DNA of 64,000 nucleotides from Curvularia clavata (Eukaryota): NCBI GenBank assembly GCA_023920165.1, contig CP089277.1, positions 2,294,001 to 2,358,000 of the forward strand, read 5' to 3'. Shown piece by piece: positions 58,327 to 64,000 of this stretch (position 1 is its first letter; each line of letters starts with the position of its first letter). The notes under the pieces were generated by a model. It saw only the letters and a program-made list of their open reading frames with translations, ran no database searches and was not told where the DNA came from. The position numbers and the translations under genes were made by a program.

Positions 58327-60061
58327 GCTAGTAGCTCTCTGTAGTAATAGCATGTTTGGGTCCAACTAGGAGCGTCTCGGCTGGCGTTAGGGTTAGGTTC
58401 GTATATCCAGTTTTTTTAGATTGTACATCTTCGTGTGCATTCTACATCGTTACATGTCTCGCAAAGGCTGTTATCGTCATATGTGAGAAAGTGCGCTTGC
58501 CATCGTGTTCCCCACTCTTCAAATGAGGTACTGGAGCCACTGTCTTGTCGTCTTTGACATGTACAATTCGTCTTTGGCCAAGGCATTGTGTGGGTGTGTC
58601 GTCTATTTCGTTGATCGTCATTCAGGGTTCCATGAATTTACTTTTACTCGTTAGGTGCTATGTTACGAAGGCACATCTCGTTTCTTTTTTCGAGTAACGA
58701 GAAACTATAGACACGTCATACTTATGTAGACAGAGTAATGGTGGAGCTGGTTATCACCGTAAGCGTTTCCTAGAGAAGATAGTCTGTAGCATTCCTTGAG
58801 CAATACTTGGGAAATGACAAAAATGACAAAAGAACCCCAGAGGCTCCCTAATAGGCAATGGCACGATGAATCTGAAGTGAAGGCATTGACATGTTGGTTT
58901 TCGGTAGACCGCGGTACAATTTGATCAATCATATAGGCCGGCACGATTTTATTTTGCTAGACTGAGCCAAACACTTTCTTGATGAGTGTGCCCTGTCTAT
59001 TTTCGTCCATCTCAGAATTTAGGCATCTTCAAAACATGGCCTACAGTGCCAAAAACATTTATATTCTAAGCATTTAGCTAGATGTTATTAACATAGAAAA
59101 AGGGCAAAAGAGGAGCAAAAAATCAAGGTTACAATAATCTAATCAAACCGCTGATGTTTATCAAGCCGTCGACTCGCACCGCACCTCCGCTGCCCGACGT
59201 CTGTCTTCCGGATCGAACGCAGGTTCTTTGACTTCTGGTTCTATGGCCGACAAACGTCCCCCTAGCGAGCAGCCCAATTAGTCGTAGTGCTAAACCACTA
59301 CGGTACTATTGTGCTAGGGAGCCCACCCAAGAAGGTACAGGCGAGTGACTGCTTGATGGAAAGATGGGTAAGTTTCTAATATATACTTGAAAGAGATATG
59401 CTAGGTGGTAGGAAGAGGAAATGTGGTGATAGAGCGGGGTCACGTGGAGAGAACAAACAAACGCAGCGAGGGCAACACTTCACTTGTGTCAATTGTATGT
59501 TATTACACTAGCGAAAGTATCTTAAACCTATATATCCACGTTGATCATCTTACACACACACATATGTCATTTCTCTTATAATGGAAAAGCATACTAATGA
59601 AATTATTCACCTCTAGTCTCGCTTTCGAATTGGAATGAGCAAAGATACTCCATGGTGCATGCACCTCAGTGAGCTCTAACAGAACTGCGGTATTGCTGAA
59701 CAAGTTCATTGCATGCCACCATTACAGTCAATCCAGTTGTCTTGCTGTCCTCAGTATCCTCCCTTGCTTAAGAGTCTGCCCTAGAAGTCTACTCATATGT
59801 GTAACGCACCCAAATGGTCAGTCAAGTCCAGCATACTCAACTATCATGTTTAGAGATCCATGTACTGGTAGCGCGGTGGTATCCGATGCACGGGCCATGT
59901 CTCAAGCGAATAGGCTTGCATGCTGGGGCCTGCGCCACAAGCTGTTCCGCCAAGATCTTAGCTAAGCGATTTACCGAAACTCCCACATCGAAAACCCCCG
60001 GCCTTCAATTTCAGCAGCATCAGCGTCACCCAACACGACACGTCCCCCCACAGCCTTCGAG

Positions 60062-60495
60062 ATGTCTTCGGAAAAGAGCCACCGCCGTAAGTAGACGGCG
60101 CGACGAATTTGGATACTCAGACACTGACTGTAATTCAGTCTACGTTAAGGGCCGTCACGTTAGCTACCAGCGTAGCAAGCGCAACACCAACCCCAACGTC
60201 AGCCTGCTCCAGCTCGAGGGCGTCGAGAGCACAAAGGATGCGGAGTGGTACCTCGGAAAGCGTGTCGCCTACGTCTACCGCGTCGGCAGCAGCAAGTCGA
60301 ACCCAATCCGTGTGATCTGGGGCAAGATCCGCCGAACTCACGGTGCGTACCTTCTACCGGCCATGGACGACGAGCAGTGATTAATGTAAAATTACAGGCA
60401 ACTCCGGTCTCGTTCGCGCTTCTTTCCAGCACAACCTCCCACCAAAGTCCTTCGGTGCCAGTGTTAGGGTCATGATGTATCCCAGCTCCATCTAA
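60062..60495 (+). CDS. RPL33: 60S ribosomal protein eL33 (L35a); exons 60062-60086, 60139-60342, 60398-60495
   Basis: [55 protein letters not shown]. Confidence 0.96.
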
Positions 60496-60991
60496 GGGTT
60501 GACGAAAAAGGAACATTCGGGAAGGAGTTGAGGCGATTGGGAACGGCGCGCAGCCACATCAAAATCTCTTTCATGGCAGCCTCTTTAGTTTCATCACAAT
60601 GCGATAATGGTAGCATACACACTTCGTGGTGGACCGGATTGCAGAGACAAGGACTGCTTTCACGGTAGGGCTGATGGATAAAGTGCGGGGTCTGTTCAGG
60701 AACATTCTAGATCACCAGCCGGTAGCTGCCTTGCCTAGCTTTCTATAACATGAAGCCAACCCACACTTGATCCTCTCGCAATCTCGTTCCAACTGCATTG
60801 TATGCTGCAATATTGTCTTACGCAGAACCAAGTTTCCAGAAACTAAACGCACGGATACTCGTACCTTAGCTTGCCCGTGATTAGATTGACAACCTGCAAC
60901 TTGCGAACTTCTTTATCGCAAACCACCAACACCGAAAAAACATCCATATTAGACACCGTCGCTCGCTCGCACGCACACGTTTCATCGCAAA

Positions 60992-61423
60992 ATGGGTTCC
61001 GTCGTCCTTCCACACTTGCGCACCGGCTGGCACGTCGACCAGGCGATTCTCTCCGAAGAAGACCGACTCGTCCTGATCCGCTTCGGACGCGACTCAGACC
61101 CAGACTGCATGTCGCAAGACGAAGTCCTTTACAAGATCGCCGACCGCGTGAAGAACTTCTGCGCCATCTACCTTTGCGATCTGGACGAGGTGCCTGACTT
61201 CAAGGCCATGTACGAACTCTACGACCCGTGCACCGTCATGTTCTTCTTCCGCAACAAGCACATGATGTGCGATTTCGGCACGGGTAACAACAACAAGCTC
61301 AACTGGGTGCTGGAGGATAAACAAGAGTTTATAGATATTATTGAAACAGTATACCGGGGTGCAAAGAAGGGTAGGGGTCTGGTGGTCAGCCCTAAGGATT
61401 ACAGCACGAGGTACAGGTACTAG
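60992..61423 (+). CDS. DIB1: U5 snRNP thioredoxin-like protein Dib1/Dim1 (TXNL4A)
   Basis: MGSVVLPHL..GWHVDQAI, MYELYDPCTVMFFFRNKHM, GRGLVVSPKDYSTRYRY. Confidence 0.96.
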   Translation: MGSVVLPHLRTGWHVDQAILSEEDRLVLIRFGRDSDPDCMSQDEVLYKIADRVKNFCAIYLCDLDEVPDFKAMYELYDPCTVMFFFRNKHMMCDFGTGNNNKLNWVLEDKQEFIDIIETVYRGAKKGRGLVVSPKDYSTRYRY

Positions 61424-61739
61424 TGTGTATGGTGATGGGCTATATTTTTCCAGGAGGAGGATATTGCTACGCTGTTGGTTTCGATAGTGGCTATTCTTAG
61501 AGGCAGGGGAATCTACGTACGCTAAGAAGACGGACGTTTTCGTATTGCGGCGTTGCCAACAGATGTCGTTTTGGGTATTGGCCTTCGGCAAGATTCAAGG
61601 TATGGCTATACAATAATAGATGTCGTTGAAGAATATTTGCTTATCCTCTGATTTTAGAAGATGTCATCGCGTTCTCAAGGACGCACAGGACGAACATGTT
61701 GATGATTACAAGACCTTATTGACGAACAGGATCATGGGT

Positions 61740-62500
61740 TCAAGTTTCTACTTTTTCGTTGCTTTCCGCCACTTCAACCTTTGGTTTTGGTCCTCCCTGC
61801 TCCCACAGTCCTCCTCGGACTCCTCTCCATACGGCTTCCAATACACTTCTCCTTGGTAGCAGATTCGGAAACACAACGACAACTTCGTCCTCGCCTTTAA
61901 CCACAATCATGAGGTAGAATCTTACTTCGAACCCCTTGAATGCCTCGTGTATGAAAATGTCCTGAATGTTGGTCGTGGGTATGAAGCGCGTCGTGGGTGC
62001 TTGGAGATATGTTGAGGAAATGGTTGAGGTTTGGACACCCAGTCCATGAAGTATTGTAAGAGATTCTTCTAGAGATATTGTTAGTAATGCGTTGCGGGCA
62101 CAAAACGTGTTGAGTCGACTAGAGAAGAAAATGACCTAGATAGCGTACCAGTGTAGTTTCTTCTCAATACCAAGAATGTGGTGATGAGTGTGCTTGGAAC
62201 AAGATATCGCCATTGGAATGCCTCTATTATCCCTACTAACTGTCCTTCACTCCCAAGTGCGTCCTGCGACAATAGCATTGGTGCCTGGTTCGAGGTTCGC
62301 CATTTCATCCACAGTAGCAGTACGCTTCCCACTCCCAACATTATCCTGAAGAGTACCCCCACATAGTATGCTGCATGCGCGGGTAGCGTCGTAGGTACAC
62401 AACGCGTCGAGACGGTGAACGTGATCGTAGAGGGTGTGGGTTGCAACACACGCAGTGTCTGGGCCGGAGGAGAGGTAAGGCGTTCGGGCAAACTTGACAT
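61740..62500 (-). CDS. GPI15: GPI-GlcNAc transferase subunit PIG-H/Gpi15; exons 62500-62148 and 62068-61740
   Basis: Two TM segments, then EESLTILHGLGVQTST...RFIPTTNIQDIFIHEAFKGFEVRFYL...VVVFPNLLPRREVLEAVW. Intron GTACGC...CTAAC...TAG. Confidence 0.88.
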
Positions 62501-62800
62501 TATGATCCAATCCCTATATGGGTAGGGTCATTAGGAGACATGCACCAAAGACTGAGCCCCTAAAGCGGGATGTGGGGGAGGGATTGAGACGGCGGAAGAA
62601 TGGATGAGCGGGATGACCCGCTGGCCTGGGACGGCTTATCGATAACATTATTTCCCCCAGTCCAGATAGGTTCATGTTTTGGAAGCTCCATAACTACCTT
62701 ATTTCAATCCTTTACATCAACATCACTTACTCACCTACATCAACGTCACACTTCTGTGAGAAAGCGCACGTTTACGCTCCTACCGAACACAAAGGGGACC

Positions 62801-63433
62801 ATGGACTCCTCACGACCATCAGATCGCGACCGGTCGCGCTCCCCCAGACGATCCCCAGCTCCTCGCAAACCCAAGAACTACAGCGGCCTCAAGTACAAAG
62901 GCGACCGTGAGCGGCGCGACCCGGACAGACGGCGCGACGACAGAGATCGCGACAGAGAACGAGACCGAGACCGAGAAAGGCGACCAAGAGACTCAGATGA
63001 CAGGAGGCGCGACGACTATAACCGTGACCGTCGCCCTCGCGACGACGAGCGCTCTCACCAGCGCAGAGACACAAGTCGCGATCGCCACCGGCACCGGCGC
63101 TCTCGCTCGCCTCGAGACCGCAAATCACGCGACTCTTCTTCCACCACCAAGGAGCCTAAGAAGTCCGCCCCAGCTGCCTCGACCACGCCTTCCGAGCCTA
63201 TGATCCTCGTCACCATAAACGATCGTCTCGGCACAAAGACTCAAGTTCCCTGTCTGCCCAGCGACCCTATAAAACTGCTCAAAGCCATGGTGGCGGCGAA
63301 GATTGGGCGACCAGTGCACGAGATTATGCTTAAGAGACAGGGAGAGAGGCCGTTTCATGATAATTTGACGTGTGCGGATTATGCGATTAGTAACGGAGTG
63401 CAAATTGACTTGGAGCTGAATACGGGTGACTAG
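62801..63433 (+). CDS. HUB1: Hub1/UBL5-like ubiquitin-fold protein with N-terminal RS/RD-rich extension
   Basis: C-terminal MILVTINDRLGTKTQVPCLPSDPI...DYAISNGVQIDLE; N-terminal RSRSP and RDRDRE tracts. Confidence 0.82.
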   Translation: MDSSRPSDRDRSRSPRRSPAPRKPKNYSGLKYKGDRERRDPDRRRDDRDRDRERDRDRERRPRDSDDRRRDDYNRDRRPRDDERSHQRRDTSRDRHRHRRSRSPRDRKSRDSSSTTKEPKKSAPAASTTPSEPMILVTINDRLGTKTQVPCLPSDPIKLLKAMVAAKIGRPVHEIMLKRQGERPFHDNLTCADYAISNGVQIDLELNTGD

Positions 63434-63711
63434 AGGGATTTGGAGGATTGGATAGTGGAAATTGAAAGACTGAAGTCAAATCAGGGCGGTCTCAGAGGGG
63501 GCGATGTTTGGAAAATTTGGAGTCTGAAAACGCATGGATGTATGATACCCAGAGGAACTGGAGAGAGACGATTTAGTGTGGATCTGTCAAGGCAGATCAC
63601 CGCCCAAGTGTGGAAGATTGGACTTGCGTGATCTGAATCTGAGGCTCCCAACGTTGAAAGGGGTATATTTCAAATCAATATGTACATATCGTACAGGTTC
63701 CCATGAGTGAT

Positions 63712-64000
63712 CTACTCATCCGCATCTTCCTCCTTTCCCCTGACCTTCTCAGCGTCGACAATTCCCTTCCTGGCTCTGTACCTCTCATTCACCACCTCGA
63801 CAGGGTCCTGCCTTTCCCTCTTCAAAACCATCGTATAGTTCCCCTTTGCCCTGCCAAAGTTCCCTCCCTCAAACACCCTCGGCCCGCCCTTCGCGATGCC
63901 CACGGTTTGCTCCGAAAGTGGTATCTCAGTATCAAGTGTAGAATTGCCCAAGTCTGCGATCTTGTCTAAAAGAAGAGCAGAAAGCGTCTCTTCAATCTTG
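63712..64000 (-). CDS. C-terminal end of an unidentified protein extending beyond the window
   Basis: Open frame from the window edge (KIEETLSALLLDKIADLGNSTLD...) to a stop at 63712, convergent with the Hub1 gene. Confidence 0.55.
   Translation of the reverse strand, partial: KIEETLSALLLDKIADLGNSTLDTEIPLSEQTVGIAKGGPRVFEGGNFGRAKGNYTMVLKRERQDPVEVVNERYRARKGIVDAEKVRGKEEDADE

Noticed and set aside
58387..58397. TTAGGGTTAGG telomere-like motif
   Set aside because: Fewer than two units, in the VMA6 3' UTR; likely chance.

Overview
This is eukaryotic DNA from a filamentous ascomycete: short GT-AG introns with CTRAY branch points and RIP-damaged repeats; Dothideomycete/Pleosporales-like by inference. 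The right part (~37-64 kb) is a dense block of conserved housekeeping genes: PKA regulatory subunit, Crp1/Mdg1-like CBM48 protein, RNA pol III largest subunit, FHA protein, Rei1-like zinc finger, V-ATPase d, RPL33, Dib1, PIG-H and Hub1. The left part (~2-36 kb) is gene-sparse and accessory-like and holds the two most interesting features. (1) At 12.4-17.7 kb there are three secreted proteins. Two are divergently transcribed enzymes of normally cytosolic families, a GT-B/GT1-type glycosyltransferase and an AbiEii/MenT-like nucleotidyltransferase, each with a signal peptide and an LxxR-ended pro-region. (2) At 19.9-30.7 kb there is a three-tier nest of TA-flanked, ACGT-ended elements. An outer 10.8-kb element with ~0.5-kb inverted arms carries a RIP-killed HET-NB-ARC-TPR (NLR) gene. 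An inner 7-kb element, inserted at a TA inside the outer left arm, carries an apparently intact SAM-HMG-fungal TF gene. A RIP-mutated 1862-bp Fot1/pogo transposon sits inside the inner element. All family assignments come from motif recognition by eye; no database search was run.
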